64,000 bases of DNA from Marsupella aquatica. Lineage: Eukaryota; Plantae; Marchantiophyta. Under the pieces are notes generated by a model, which was not told the DNA's origin, did not search any database, and saw nothing but the letters and a program-made list of their open reading frames with translations. Within the stretch, counting starts at the first letter, position 1. Each line of letters starts with the position of its first letter. The DNA lies in the NCBI GenBank assembly GCA_973895155.1, contig OZ316891.1, forward strand, positions 8,433,875 through 8,497,874, in the 5' to 3' direction. A program made the position numbers and the translations under genes. Shown here piece after piece: positions 47,679 to 62,439 of the stretch.

Positions 47679-49619
47679 CGATTCCAAAACTGGGTCTGCA
47701 TGGTAGTCCTGCCATACTTGCTTCTAGCCGGGTCCAACAACGGATTGGTGGAAATGCTCTCACTAGGTTGAAAATTGTCCTCTCTAATGATGCTTGCAGT
47801 GGAATGATGACTTTGTCCAAGAGTAAACAAGGGGTTTGCAGTGCTGTTATAAATATGGGCCCTTGTATGGCATCTCCACTTGTGATATGGTTTAACATAG
47901 AGACTCTTGCTCCACAAAAATGAATGAATGAAATTACAGCCCTTGAATCAATGTGGAAGAAGCTCAAGCCTAGTTGGACAAAGACCTTGAGTGACTAGCA
48001 AGATTACATCAAAAAGATAATTAAGTGAGATTTCTGTCATAAACGAGTTGACTACTTTTTGTTTTTTTTTGTTTTTTTTTGTTTTTTGTCTTTTTGATGA
48101 AGGGTCATGATTGACTACTTTGACCACCTTGTGTAGTAAGTTGGCAATATCGCAAGTTGCATTTTTTAAAATCCCCTAGGCTGTGTAATGTAGCCTGGAG
48201 AAAAATGGAGCTTCTTTGTCTTGAAGCTATGATCTCAGCCCAATTGAAAGCAAGCAAAGTAGATCAGTGAGCTGGAAGGTGATAATGTCTAATCTATTAC
48301 CTGACAAAGTTTGAGAGTTCTATGAGCTCATTTACTCCATTTCCTAGCAACATAGAGATGGTCAAATATGATAAGATCATTATTTCACTTAACACTTACT
48401 CAAGTAGGATCCCTACTCAAGTGAGATACCACATAGCCATGCCTGCTTAGGCAGTAGGCTCTAGTACTTACTGTGCCATTTTCTCAAATTATTTGTGCCA
48501 CTATCACAAATAATAACACTGGCAAAAAAATTATATAATACCTGCTATAGCTATAAGGATTTATGTCATGAAACAAACTACTTGTGTCCCAAGACATAAA
48601 TAGTTATACCTCAAGAGGTGGCTCATGAGATCCGATATGGGGACCAGAAACTAAGGAGCATGGAGTAAGTTCCAGTGTATGGAGCCATTTTGAGCCGGAT
48701 CAAGACCCTAACCAGCAATGCATTGGATCACAAAGGGAGGTTCCTTTATGCTGTCTTTGGAACAGAATGCCAGCCAATTTCCTAGAAATTGATGATCAAA
48801 GGGTAACAAGGGGCCCAAGCAAGGAAGCTTTGGTTTCAATCTCAATTCTAGGTTGGATCAAGAGCACAACTGATTTCCCAAAGCAGTGTAGTGTAGGGTG
48901 ATCCCATCCCATGAGGGGCTATGGGCTGTAATTGCTGCAGGGAAGTCAGCCAAATGGTGAGGGGGTTACAGGCCATGGTCCCCAAAGAGGGGATGTGTTA
49001 CAAAGCATAACCCCATGAATGAATATTGAAAAAAGTTGCAGCCTTGACCAATGCCACTAGCATAGAGGTTTGATATCAGGGAATCTCCTGGCTAAGGGGC
49101 CGAGGGGATTGTGCCTGTACCTTCAATGAAAATAAGAAGGATTATGGTTGCTTGAGGCTAGCGAGCTTAATTCTCCAATCATTATTTAGTCCTTCCCTCT
49201 CCATTTTTCAAGGCTTGTTTTGCTTCAAGCTTTGACTCTAGCTCACATTCTAACCTGCTGCACTTGCTCAACATCTCCATCTTACACACTTCATTGTGAC
49301 AAGGTGGCTTGGAATATTGCCAAAAAGGTATCTCAAATTTCAGCTTTTCAATGTCCTTAACTGCCCAGTTACCCAAAATGTTATGGACTTGGATATCTCC
49401 GATCCATAAGTTTTTCTCAGAAGCCATGTACGTAAGTTATTGCCCTAAGGTCACTAGATAAGTGTGAAAGGGAAGATAGAAAATGTGGTCATGTGACCCT
49501 ACAAAAAGATATGAGCAGAGTGATATGGCCAAAGACCCTTAGCCATACCCTTCAAGGATGGAGAAACCCTAATGAACAGATTGCAATGGAAGCATTATCA
49601 GCGAGATGATCGGCAAAAC

Positions 49620-49965
49620 AAACTTCATCTAGTTTCATACAAACTCATCAGCACTTCATCCAGCTCCACAAAATCTCATTAGCACTTCATCTAGTTCCAT
49701 AAAATCTCATCAGCACTTCATCTAGCTCCAAAAAATCTCATCAGCAACGTAGAAATTTCACATCATCTAGTTACATAAAATCATCAGCAGCACAGAAGTT
49801 TCATACAGTTCCATAAATCTCATCAGCAATAGAGACACTTCATCTAGTTCCATAGACATCTCATCAGCAACACAGAAGTTTCATATAGTTCCATAAAATC
49901 TCATCAGCAACAGACAGAGACATCTAGTTCCATAAAATCTCATCAGGAACACAGAAGTTTCATAT
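49620..49965. repeat. Degenerate minisatellite
   Basis: catctagttccataaaatctcatcagca-like unit, about 9 times. Confidence 0.85.
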
Positions 49966-50248
49966 GCTGTTCAGATAGTTTCATTGACTGGTATAGGCAC
50001 TGGAATCTGCAAGTTCGTGCAAGTAATGCGAAGGCCAATAAACTGACTACTCTGCTGACAACAACTTAACTGAGAGTTAGAAGATGACCACCATGCTCAG
50101 AATGATGGTCCTGACTCTGGACGAGCATCCATTTGCACATTAGCACAATTCATTTCCATTGCAAGCTGAAACCATTCGCCACAATTGGTAAGTGGAAGCA
50201 TACTTTGCTCCAATAGAAACTGAAACGCTGCACAGTTTCAGAGGATTC

Positions 50249-50737
50249 TTAGACGTGCGGTTTCTCAAAGGTATTCGAGTCTCTGAACTCCTGCACCTTG
50301 TATTGAATTGTCTCAGCCATGTTGGCCAATACAAAGATGTGGGTGTCATCAAGTACCTCAAGGATGAACTTTTGTGCATTTGGCATGTTTGCATTGAGAT
50401 TCACTATGAACTGCGCCATCGGTATGTCTCTGCCACAGATCACAAGCATCATGAAACAAATCAGTCTGTCAACGCCATAATCGATGTTCTGCCACCCACA
50501 TCCACAAACCCTAAGCCCTCAATCAACAAACTCGAACAGTAAGCTATGGAAGTAAGGCAAACCCGGTACTTACTGTTCTGCAGAAAAAAAGTAATTACAG
50601 CTTCCTTGTGTTAATGGTGTAGGGAGCCCTAAGATCAGTAGCTAACTAGTGGAGTGGCAAACTGCAGTTGGATTCCAATGAGACAGACAAGGCACTCACG
50701 TTGTGATAAGAAGGCCCTTGATGGCTTCGCAAGCCAT
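50249..50737 (-). CDS. TFB5: TFIIH p8 subunit (GTF2H5/TTDA), 2 coding exons, 72 aa
   Basis: Exons 50737-50700 and 50429-50249: MACEAIKGLLITTDIPMAQFIVNLN..QKFILEVLDDTHIFV..VQEFRDSNTFEKP. Confidence 0.92.
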
Positions 50738-52625
50738 CGTCTTCGTGTCCTTACTTTCTCAACACTTTTCTGGTATTCCTGCCAGAAAGTTGCTGAAAGC
50801 GTCCCGTCGGGTTGATGCTATTCAAAATTTCATAGTACCTTTGTCTCTGTCGTCAAGATGGCACCTGCAGATGAAATTGGAACTTGCGCAATTCGAGATG
50901 GATAGATTTGTCCAATTCTTCAAGGAAGGACGATTCAGTCCAATTTCACAGTATGACATTGACAAGCTCACAATCGTTCAGTCCAGTTCCGATTGAGTAT
51001 CTAGTTAATCCAGGAGAAAACCCTCAGAAAACTAAAGTCTTAGCGTCAGCGTACCTGCCAGAGAACTGATTCGAATGTCAATAGCACTTTTGTGAACGCT
51101 GTGTTACATTGATGGTGGCGATCACTGCTAAGTCAAGTGTCACCAGTACATTACAGAGAAATTCTCGTTCTGTTCAAAACTACAGAACAACAATCGCCGT
51201 CTGGCATTACTTGCTCCAACTGAGGCTCAATTCTGTCTACACATATTCATACAGATATCTCTGTTGAAAGTTGTAAGCTCAACTTAAAAAATGATCAGTT
51301 CGACTTAAAAATTGATCAGTTCTCTGCCTGGTATTGTGCTACAACATAGCTTTTTGTGAGTATTTTACTCTGCCAACCAGATACTCAATGAAATCCTCCA
51401 CCCTGAGAAATATATTTTAATGATGATATGAAGGCACGTGACCTCGGAGAGCGATCAAAGCTGCTAGGTTTGTTTGCTTCCTCAATCACTGCAAATCGAG
51501 AACATACAAGAACCCTTTCTTTGCAAAATGGTAGACCATCTACTAACATAAAAGGGTTGACGACGCACAGAATAGAGGGCAGGAAGGCAGGCAATATCGA
51601 GATGAATTGAAGTGAGATGAGGCGAGGCAAGACGAGGAAGTGCGAGCTCGATCATCACGCACGGCCTCTGCCTGCAACTCCGCTTCGAGAAAGCTGCTCG
51701 TCTCGTCGCGGGCCCTTTTGAGAAAGAACGCACGGGTGTTTCGGGTACTGTACTCAACTACTCATGCCTTTTGGTAATAGACAATTATGTGGGAGCTGTA
51801 CAGTACTAATGTAAAGGTCCCCCCGCAATCATCGCTTCGAGAAAGCTCGTCTGTCGCGGGCCCCACTGACGAATCGGTCTAAGTTAGAGGCTCCTGTTCG
51901 TTTTGGCCCTGGGGAGCTCGAACCCACCCCCCACTTCCCCGGGAAATCCCGACGCGCTGGAGGTTTGAGATGGCCTAGTGATTTCGATTCCAGCCACGTC
52001 ATTTCCATCTACAATCCTGTCCACATTTTTCTACCTCTGCGCTTCTGTGCTGCTCCAGCCAGCCATCCGTGACCGTGAGCTTCATGAGATTCGGATGAGG
52101 AGCGAGGGATTGGCCCGGATGAGGATGTTGGTGACCCTTTTCCACCAGAGGACATAGTTGCGGTAACTCTTCGAGTTTGGTCTATGGCTTCAGTAGTTTA
52201 GTGGACGGCTTGTCTTCCAGTCTTCTGTCGAGAATTTGGTCTAGGAACGTTTCACAGGAGCTTGGAAGGGCTTGAATTGAGGTGTGGCCAGTTTTGTCCA
52301 TTCGATTTCTGGGGCCCTTGTTGACGCACAAGGATGCATCTTGGGCCATGGTCTGAATCTCCTTAAGCATCTAGGTCGTCGGGAATCAGCAGACCAGCTC
52401 GTCAGGTAAGCAGGAGTGCAATGGCTCGCTCTCATTTGGTGTGAGGTTGTCTGTCATTGGTTCCCCTATTTCTACAACCTAGAGAAATTTTTGTGACACT
52501 GTCAAATTGTGGACATTGATTAACGGAATGTGGCAGCAATTTCGTGTCAGTGATTTCGCACCGGCATGGTTGTGCAGGTATAGCAGCGGAAACGGACTAG
52601 GCAGTAGAGCCTCCCCGACTTAGTC

Positions 52626-54083
52626 ATGGCTTCACAAGCAGTCACCGCTCCAATGGCGAGCTGCAGCAGCAGCTTCGCTGCCCGGGCGTCTCAATCTGGT
52701 CAAAGAGCTGCTCTTGTTTCTCCTCCGGCTTGCGTCGCAAACGCCAAAAGGTACGCGAAGGCCGACTAAGTGTTATGACCGACCATTGGTGATTGGTCGT
52801 CTCTGTTGCTGTTCGAGATTGAGTGCTTTGCTGGTGTGAATCGCAGGAGTTGAGAATGACGTTGTGAGAGTTCCTGGCGCGCTGCTCACCCGTTTCTGCG
52901 CCCTTCTATGCAGGCAAACTTTTGGAGACAGCAAAGCACTAGTCAGTGCAACAAGCAGAAGCCAGCTGCGACGGGGCGCATTTGTGGTGAAAGCATATAG
53001 TCCTTACTGGCCGGACCCACAGTTCATCCAAGAAGTCAAAGAAGCTTTTCCAGAAAAAGGTGTGGCAAGCGTCGATGAAGCAAGAGTAAGTATTCAACTG
53101 TGCGTTGAGACTTGAATGCTTTGGCAACATCCACGGTTTATCCCTTCTCGTGTATCGTGCCAGCTTGGCCTGGGCAGTGTAGTGTGGTAAACCAATTATA
53201 CAGAAGGGATATGTTGCATTGAGCACAGTAATACAATCAACGCGGAAATCTCTTGTTGTTTAACTGTGTACTTCCAACAAGCATCAACACAAAGTTGCAC
53301 ATTGCTGTTGGGTCGTTGATGTGTGGGTTTGCTACACTGGTGGCACCACCCATAACCGGTAGTCCTCAGATGTACTATCATTTCCCACCGGCTTCCTTTT
53401 TTGCCTATCCTTTACTGCTGCAATGTTGCAGCCTCTTTGTCCGCTGGATGTTGTAAGATTACCGTTTACATTGTTTGAGATTTTGTTGATAGTTCATGCC
53501 AATGCTGGCTTCCATCCTGACATAGTGGTAGTACGCAGATTAGTCCGTAACGTTGTGGATGGTGCATTCGCAGCTGTAGTAACCATTTTCTCTGCTTGGA
53601 CAGGTTCTATTCACTGAGCTGGGCTACAAATACGTCGATGTGCGACCTCCAGTGGAAGTTGAAGAGATCGGCAAGGTGCCAGGCTCTATCGTCATACCGA
53701 TCAAATTGGGACAAAGGAAGTATGACCCTGAGTTAAAGAAGAAAACTATGGTCAAGACGGATAACCCTGACTTCCTCAAACAAGTAAAGAAGATGTTTCC
53801 AGACCCAGAGACTGCCAAGATCCTTGTTGGCTGCTCAAATGGGAGAACCTACTCTATGGATGCATTGATGGCTCTTGATGAGGCTGGATATGAGAACATT
53901 GTCGGGATAAAGGGAGGCTACTATGCATGGTTCAAGGTGTTCGACAACAAGTTGAGGCGCCGCATGAAAGGTGAGTATACTGAGGATTACATGCATGGTG
54001 CTGATTCTACTGGCATCCACGCATCTGGTGCAGGCTTCGAGAAAGCTGATAAGATCGAGGAATGGGTCCCCCCGGACTACTAG
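52626..54083 (+). CDS. Rhodanese-like domain protein with plastid transit peptide, 3 coding exons
   Basis: Exons 52626-52750, 52914-53085 and 53604-54083. Ser/Ala-rich N-terminus; YVDVRP..GKVPGS, ILVGCSNG, GYENIVGIKGGYYAW. Confidence 0.9.
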
Positions 54084-57000
54084 TCATTTCGAGAACTGAT
54101 TGTGTACCTTCTACATTTACATTCGGTCTGTAAACCTTTATGCACAATCAATCTGGATGGCAGTGTTTAGGATTTAGGGATCACGTTTGAGCACCACAGT
54201 GTCTGCCATGGTGGGCACAATTCTTAGAATGACTTCTTGGGTGACACATTGAAACACCTTTAGTAGCTTCAGCCAGAAATTTCCTTTGCCAGGGCAATGG
54301 AGAGAAGACAAGCCGTTGCAAGTTTGCACAATTGAAATTTGGTCTTAAGTATCCTTGATCCTACAGTTCGTGCTAATTATCTGTTTGCCCGAAGGCTGGG
54401 CTCGTGTGGCTGTAAGCCGATGTTGTGGGAACATAGTGATCATTTGTTGATGAATGTGATTTGAATTCCTGAGGTGGGTCACCGGTAGTGTCGACATCTT
54501 GTACTGTTCTTAGCAAATTTTACAAATCACTTGATTGTGCACTTAACTGCATGATTTTACTACAACCTACTGTAACAGGACAACACTGACAGGTCAATTA
54601 CAGTCTAAACAGACGCCACTCAGTTGACACTCACCCCACTGAGAAGCATTCAGGTACAGGCATTCTGAGGCAGCTGTGTACACTGAACTTAGTAGGACAC
54701 TCGTAGGACAGCAATAAAGCACACTAAGCTTGCACGAGATGAAACTTTGCTACTCGGGGTGTCGCATTCTGCATAAACCACATTATGTAAACTGCATCTT
54801 GTGGTGTGGGCACCTAAACCCATGGGAGACTCACCATATTGAGGCCAACGTGAATTAGCATGCCATTAAGCTCAGGCACTTGGTTTTGACAATTTTGAGG
54901 TCTTGTGGTACAAGATCGTTCACTTTCTCAAGTTTGACAGCTCATTTTGAGTACCCGTTAACCTCTGCATCAACCAAACTTAGCTTGAACATCATTCCTT
55001 ACTCGGAAAGCAGTAAGAGTTCCACCTTCGACCTACTCAAAAAGTGTATCTAACGACGTAACAAACGTCAACCATGGTAGGATGTACGATTCCGCGCAGC
55101 AAGCAAACTACAGTACTGTAGCTACTAATGTAGTGTGAGGAACAGGGAGGGTCGAGAATGCCAGGAGGTCAGCTGGAAAGCTCTTACCAGTCCCAACCGA
55201 CCAGAAACTACCCATGTTGGGACACCAGCTCAGCGAGATGGACAAGCGCTCCATTAACCAGCTAACATTGAAAATTTGAGCCAGTAAGATTTGGAACCAT
55301 TCCTTCTCGTTGATTGGATTCTTTGGAGGTGCCTTCACGTACGCTACGCTTCTATCTGCACTATCCCACTCAATTCCCCAATTTTTCTGATCCAGTATCG
55401 TATCGAAAGGGTTTGGCAGCATTATTTTAGTGCTCTCTATGCCCCAACACAACTAGTCGGAAGTGGCTAGAAATTCGCGTGGCTTCATAATCGCTCTGAC
55501 GAAGCTCGATACCTTGACTCTTCCCCGCCTCACGATAAGGAAGAGAAGAAGACTGCCCAATTGTAACGAAATTTTCTCCCGAATGTAGTGACGACGAATA
55601 AATCCCTGCCAAGCCAACTGCACTCCTTCCAGACTTGGCCTGTGTTGTCCTTAACGTTTAACTTTGAAGGTGACAGTGCACCAAACGCATGTCTGTCTCG
55701 TAAAATAGGTGCTATACAAAATGCTTGCAGCTATTAGAGAGGAATTCTGCTGGAGGGTTAGCACTCCCTGTCAAGTGTACCACTCCTTGTCAAGTGTACC
55801 TTAAACTGATCAACGACCTGGTTTGCCAAAGCTGATCCTCCTCTGACCAACCGAATATCTCGCTTAGCGCTCTGGTCCAAGGCTTTCACTCATGTGCTGC
55901 AAAATCTTTAACTTCATAAGTCAGAGTTAATGAGACATTGAACTGGCTGGTTAAGAGAGCAATCCATCAAGATCTTTCGATGTCGCCAGTTTGAGAAGCA
56001 GAAACGTTCGCGCAGCAACTGGTCAGCGCCACTAGTCCTGCCCAGATTGCCCGGCTTGCATTTGATCGAACAGACAGTGTCACCAATTGTAACGAAGAAA
56101 TGAATGAAATTGATGTCCACAAGTACCGAATGGAGGACCTGCTTCATGATCTGTGGTACAACGCCCTTCCTTCCTCAACCCGCTGCTGGGCAGCTATGAA
56201 CTTTGAAATCACTTCATTGATTCACTGGCTCAGCAAAGTCTTGCGACCTGATCCACTGCAAAGAGGATAGATCACGATTACATAGACATCAAATAAACAC
56301 CCCAATGCTGCTCAAGGTTTTCAAATTCTTCCTGCAATGGATCTGAGCCTGGACCCAAAGTCTTCATCCAATCTTGACACTTTCGAATGAGAAACGTCTA
56401 GAGGAAAGCTGTGCAAGAGCACACGAATTCCAACCCCACTCAGATCAAAGTGGTCAAAGAAAGTTGGTTTGTCATAGCCATACCCTAACTTGGGATGAAG
56501 CTTATGGGAACAGTTACCAAAAGGCTCAAACCCCTCTCCAAGTGTTACATGCTACGATCTACAATCTTCACAGCATGCTTTTCTCTCCCATCTCAGAATT
56601 AACAACAATGTGTCCTGCAGGATGACGCTTACAGATTGGAAACCAGAAGTATCCCCAGCAACCAAGTTCTTACAAACACCTTGAGCACCGTGCTGGAGTC
56701 GTTTCTTATGCTCGAGATATATATATCTCAATTCCTGAAAGCTGTGGAACCTTGTTATCGTCTTGTTCTTCTTCCACTTCCCCATCCAAAATCCTGAGTA
56801 TGACTTTGTCGCAGCTTGGGAATGAAGACGAAGTTCAACTTTTGTCATCTGCATTCCATTCAAAACGTTTAGGAGCCTTCTAAACGTTGAGGCGCCTAAG
56901 AATAAAGGCAAAACCTTCTATCTTTCGCTCATTATGTAGGATTTGGAGGTACGGAAATCCGGCTCAAGAGACCATCGAGGATTATGTAGAAATCGTTATG

Positions 57001-57944
57001 CTACCGGTAGTGGACTTGTTTAAACACAATCTGGCATGCAATTCCTTTCTCTACTCCCCAAAAATTTTAGGCTTTATGACAATCAATTCATTTCCCTTGG
57101 TTACTCATTTGCCTTGGTTAGTGAAATAAACCAAAAAATGTGCTCAAAACAGAAGGGGAAAAAAAAAAGTGCTCTATTTTGTCATCCCCAAACCTGGTGG
57201 ACAGTGGTGGGTTTACGGCTTGTTACACAATCTAAGAATATGACTGTACGCTTAGTTTCAGTCCAACGATGAAGAAATGCTATTGCCAATTCTCAAAACC
57301 TTCACCTGATTGATGTTTGTACTTTGAAGTGCTGTTATATAGTGTCCCTAGTGCGGTTAGAGCAGGACTGCAGGACCTGCGCAAAATATTAGTTACGTTT
57401 GATTCCAGTAAATAACGCAGTGCAAAACTATTATTCTCCTGTTTTTGTATTACGGTTGTGAAAGCAATTTTTACGATGAAAAGTACAGGTTTACATCAAA
57501 GATGCTCGAATATTTTATAAATTCATATCACAATTTCTTTTCAAAGTTTCACAACCACCCTAAAAATTGTTTGTTACTCAGATCCCAATTTTAACAATTA
57601 TTATTTTATTCTGCTAACTGAGATGCACTACGGTAGTGCTCCAGGCAGATGTTCGAAAGCCCTGGGCCGTTTCACAACAGTCAAACATTTAAAATTTTGT
57701 GTTTGGCTCCAAGCACCCTTAAACCCTTTGACAAAAGCAATGTCCCGGCCTGGAAAAGCACCCTGAATCAGACCGCCATGGGGCTTTATCCAGAACAATG
57801 CCTTAGTGATAGGGCCTTAATACTATACACAAACTTGATACCACCAAAGCAATTTTCTCCTACATGGGCAACGAGATGTACTGCAGCTCATTCAACAAAC
57901 AATCTGCAAGCTAGCTCCATGGTTGCTTGAACCACAGTTGCCTG

Positions 57945-58289
57945 TGTTGAGCATAGACAACAATCACAACGGCAAGCCCATGAACCATCCAATGCACAAG
58001 AGTCGACACAGAGAGATACGTGGTTCACCTCCACATGAGGCTACGTTCACGGGAACACACGAGAGCTTTACTGCACTCTAGGCCGACCGACCATACCAAA
58101 CATTCACAGCACAAGTTCTCCTTATCTCTCAACTAGCTCCATAAGAATGAACTTGAGTTCCACCTCTCCAAGCAAACACCGCCTGGTTATAGAGTATGCA
58201 CAACATGACTAATCTAACCAAGTCTGCAACTAAGGTTAGCCTTAACTACGGTAGAGTCGTAACTCTAGACCTAAGAGTAAATCCTAACA
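57945..58289 (-). repeat. 3' LTR of the copia element
   Basis: TGTTGA...TAACA termini, followed on + by atctccccctt (polypurine tract AAGGGGGAGAT on -). Confidence 0.75.
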
Positions 58290-61200
58290 ATCTCCCCCTT
58301 GACTCTGGTCTAGGGGAGGGTAAAGACTGCTACCTATATGATTGCTCAGCGGGAAGTTCTGGAAAGTAAAACCAAACTGGTTTTTCCCTCTTTATACGAG
58401 AGTAGACTAGAACTAAGCCGTAGCCTATACAAGGAATGAGCAAGAGCATATCTCAGTATCTACACAAATGCTAAGTAACCCTACTTGTGAGGCAATTGCA
58501 AAACCTGCAATGCATCACGATGTCTAGAAAAACTCTTCAAAGGAATCACTTTGGTAAAAGCGTCAGCCGGGTTGAGTTTACCATCAATCTTGACTAGCTC
58601 AAATTGATTGTCAGACACAGCCTGTCTGATAAAATGGTACCTGACATCGATGTGCTTCACTCTGCTGTCCATTACCTGGTTCATAGCAAGATGGAGCGCA
58701 CTCTGACTATCACAATGGAGCTTCACATTCCCTTGTGGCAATCACATCTCGATCAGTGATCAGTCTATCCAACTAAATCGCTTCCTTTGCTGCTTCCGCT
58801 GCTGCAATATACTCCGCTTCTGTAGTAGACTAAGCAATACACTTCTGCAGAGTAGACCTCCAACTTATGCATCCACCTCCTAGTGTGAATACATAACCTG
58901 TTGTTGACCTCCTCCGATCCAGATCCTGTGTATAGTCAGCATCTACATAGCCCATCAATGATCTAGCATTATCAACATGTGCATCAAACAATAGACCATG
59001 ATCCACGGTACCCTTCAAGTACCGAATAATCCACTTCACTGCTTCCTTGTGTACCTTCCCTGGATTCGACATGTACCTACTCACCTTGCCCATAACCATG
59101 GCAAGATCAGGTCTAGTGTAGGTCATCAAATACATGAGACTCCCCACTGCCTTGTCATAAGGAACCTTTGACGTCAGCCCTTTCTCTGTCTCATCCGTGG
59201 GACAGAAAGCTGATGATAACTTGAAATGTGGAGCCAACGGGGTACTTATTGGCTTACTCTCCCCCATGTTGAACCTTGCAATTACCTTTCTTGCATAATT
59301 GCTCTACGTCAACCATAGCTTGCCAGCCTCCAAATCCCTAGTGATCTCCATACCCAAAATCCTCTTAGCTGGCCCTAAGTCCTTCATCTTAAACTCTGCA
59401 CTTAGCAGTGCCTTGAGCTTAACAATCTCAGACCTATCGTTGGCCGCAATAAGCATGTCATTCACATAAAGTACTAATTAAAACAATGAACCCAAAGACA
59501 ATATTCTTCACCGGTTTAAGATACACACAAGGGTCAAACACACTCTTGTGAAAGCCTTGTGCACAAATCCAATCATCAAACCGCTTATTCCATTGTCTTG
59601 GTGACTGCTTCAACCCATACAAGGATCTTAACAATCTGCAAACCAAATCCTCTTGCCCTCTCTTCACAAAACCTAGCGGCTGTCTCATGAAGATCACCTC
59701 TTCCAAGGTGCTATAGAGGAAAGCTGTGACAACATCCATCTGATCTAGCAGCAGACCAAACATTACAACAAGCACACACAATAGCCATATTGTTGAGTAC
59801 TTAGCAACTGGTGAGAAGACCTCATTGTAATCCACACATTTTTCCTGTGTGAATCCCTTGGCTACCAACCTAGCCTTGTAGACCTTCGATCCACCTCCTG
59901 TGGACTGTTCCTTCAGCTTGTATATCCACTTGTTGTCCACCACTTGCTGTCCCTCAGACAACTTAACAAGCTCCCAAGTTTTGTTGTCCTTCAATGACTG
60001 CATCTCAGCTTGCATTGCTGCAGTCCACTCCTGCTTCTCCTTAGAAGCACTTACCTCATGAAATGAAGAAGGTTCCCCTTCTTCCAAAATCAACGCATCA
60101 CCCTCATCATCAGTAACAAAATCCTCCTCTTGCAACTGAGATGAATCAACCCACTGTCCATACCTTGGTGGAGCGCGTACAGTGCGACCAGATGTTCTTC
60201 TAACTGATGACTCCGGTTGATCTGCGTGTGCTGGTACAATTTGAAGCTCACCAGCATCAACTTGTTGTTCACCAGCATCAACAAACTCCTTTGGTTCCTC
60301 TAGCACAGGAACCAACTCCATAATTGGAGCAAATCCTTCTCTCCGGTCATGCACCTCATGACCAATCTCCCGGCCCCTCAACGAGATCCGGGATAACAAA
60401 TTTTCCTTTGTCAGTACGGGAGACCTGAGTATTCTCCCCCTCCTTCAATAATCTGGATTCATTGAAGGAAATATCCCTACTAACAATGAGCTTACAAGCA
60501 ATAAGATCCCATAGCCTATAGGCGTTCACACCACTCTGGTACCCAAGAAAAACACATTTCTTGGAGGTAGGATCCAACTTGGTCCTATTCTGCTTCGGTG
60601 TGAGAGCATATGCATCACTTCTAAAAACTACCAAACCATGATAGTCTGCTTGCCGCTTATAGCGCATCTCAAACGGTGTTTTGAAATTGATTGCACTAGA
60701 AGGAGAAAGATTTACCAAATAAGCTGCGGTATTGACAGCTTCTGCCCAAAATGCCTTTGGTAAACCTGATTGGCTCAACATACTCCGTGACCGCTCCAAT
60801 AGTGTCTCATTGAGCCTCTTAGCGACACCATTCTATTGCGGAGTATAAATTGTGGTGAGATGATGTGTTATCCCCTATTCTGAACAATACTCTTCAAATT
60901 CCATTGAAGTGTACTCCCCGCCATTGTCTGACCTCAGACTCTTCACCTTTGTATCCAAACACTTGACCGTGTTTCCAGTCTGATTCTCCACCTGGGCCTT
61001 TCACTTCTTAAAAATGAACAAGACATCAGACTTATGCGTCATAAAATAAATCCACACAAATCTTGAGTAATCGTCAATAAATGATACATAGTATAACTTT
61101 CCAGAGTGTGAGGGAGTCGAGGATGGACCCCACACGTCACTATGTATATACTCAAGAATCGCTTTGGAACGATGAGTTTCAACACCGAAAGCACGACAAT

Positions 61201-62439
61201 GTTGCTTTCCAATAATGCAGTGCTTACAGAATTCTAATTTACAAGATTGTAAATCAGAAATGAGTTCATTCTTCCGCAAGATAGCCAAACTCTTCTCACT
61301 CATGTGGCCTAGCCGTGAATGCCACAGTTGAGTCATCTCTTTGTGAGACTTGGTTACATTGGCCTCTCCACATACAGTATTGCCCTGAAACATATACAAA
61401 TTCTTCTGTCCGCTCCCCTTCAAAATCATTGTCTCTCCTGACCTGATTTGAAGTTCACCATCAATAACGCTCTATTGATGACCATAATTTGAATCCATTA
61501 CACCGAGTGAAATCAGATTCTTACGCATGCCAGGTACATACCTGACTCCGGACACTGTGCCCATAGTGTCATCAAACATTTGAATTTTCATAGACCCAAT
61601 ACCCTCAATTTGACAGGAGTGATCATTTCCCATCAGAACTGAACCGTTTGAAATAGAGTAAGAACTCAAAAACTCACGAATGTAACAAATGTGAACAGAG
61701 CAAGCACAATCAAGAATCCACACATCATCTGCTCTCCTAGATGACGTGCACAGGGCATACCCCTGGCTTCATAATATATACTCATCATTGAGTAAATCAG
61801 CATCTCCATCAGTCCTAGCCACATTTGCCGATGAAGATTAAACTGCCTTTCCCTTACAGTCTCGCTTGAAGTGTCCGACCTGGTTGCACTTCCAACATGT
61901 CACTTGCCTCCTCAGAGGGGATTTGCTCTTGAACTTAGATCTGGATTTAGATCTAAACTGGGTTCTACGGTCCCCAGTTGGTCGCTGCATACTCCTCCCA
62001 CGATTAACATTGAGGGCGACACCAGAGGATGAAGGTTGTGACGTGATGTGCATCTTCTGTTGAAGATCATCACTAAGCAGAGAACTTACCACATCATTGT
62101 ATGAAATGGTATCCCTATCACGATGCAACAACACCCGTGATAGGGATGGGTAATATGGAGGCAATGAACTGAGAAGCTGTAGAGCCTTTGTCTCATCATT
62201 CAAAATCTCCCCAAGGTTTTCCAAGATGAAAGCATCCACATGGTCCTGCAACTTTGTACTGGATTCCTTCATCCTGAAACTCATCAGTTTGTAGGAAGTA
62301 TAGAGCCGATTCAACAACTCCTTGTAGTGATACTTGCTCTGCAATTCCGCAAACAAGGACATGCAGTCCTTATGTGCACCCAACTACTTGATGATGGGAG
62401 GCATGAGATAGAGTGTAACACACCACACTCCCTGCTCCT
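57945..62439 (-). mobile_element. Decayed Ty1/copia LTR retrotransposon (gag-PR-INT-RT-RH), 5' end interrupted
   Basis: CWKCNQVGH zinc knuckle, WILDCACSVH protease, WHSRLGH/IHSDVWGP integrase, YKARLVAKG/QMDVVTAFL/SLYGLKQSPRQW RT, KHIDVRYHF RNase H; many stops and frameshifts. Confidence 0.95.

Noticed and set aside
51905-51940. B-box/T-arm-like GGTTCGAGCTCC on the minus strand
   Set aside because: I could not fold a tRNA cloverleaf or find an A-box; at most a SINE relic.
55100-57130. Several 60-120-aa ORFs suggesting a decayed gene
   Set aside because: No recognisable motifs or consistent splice structure.
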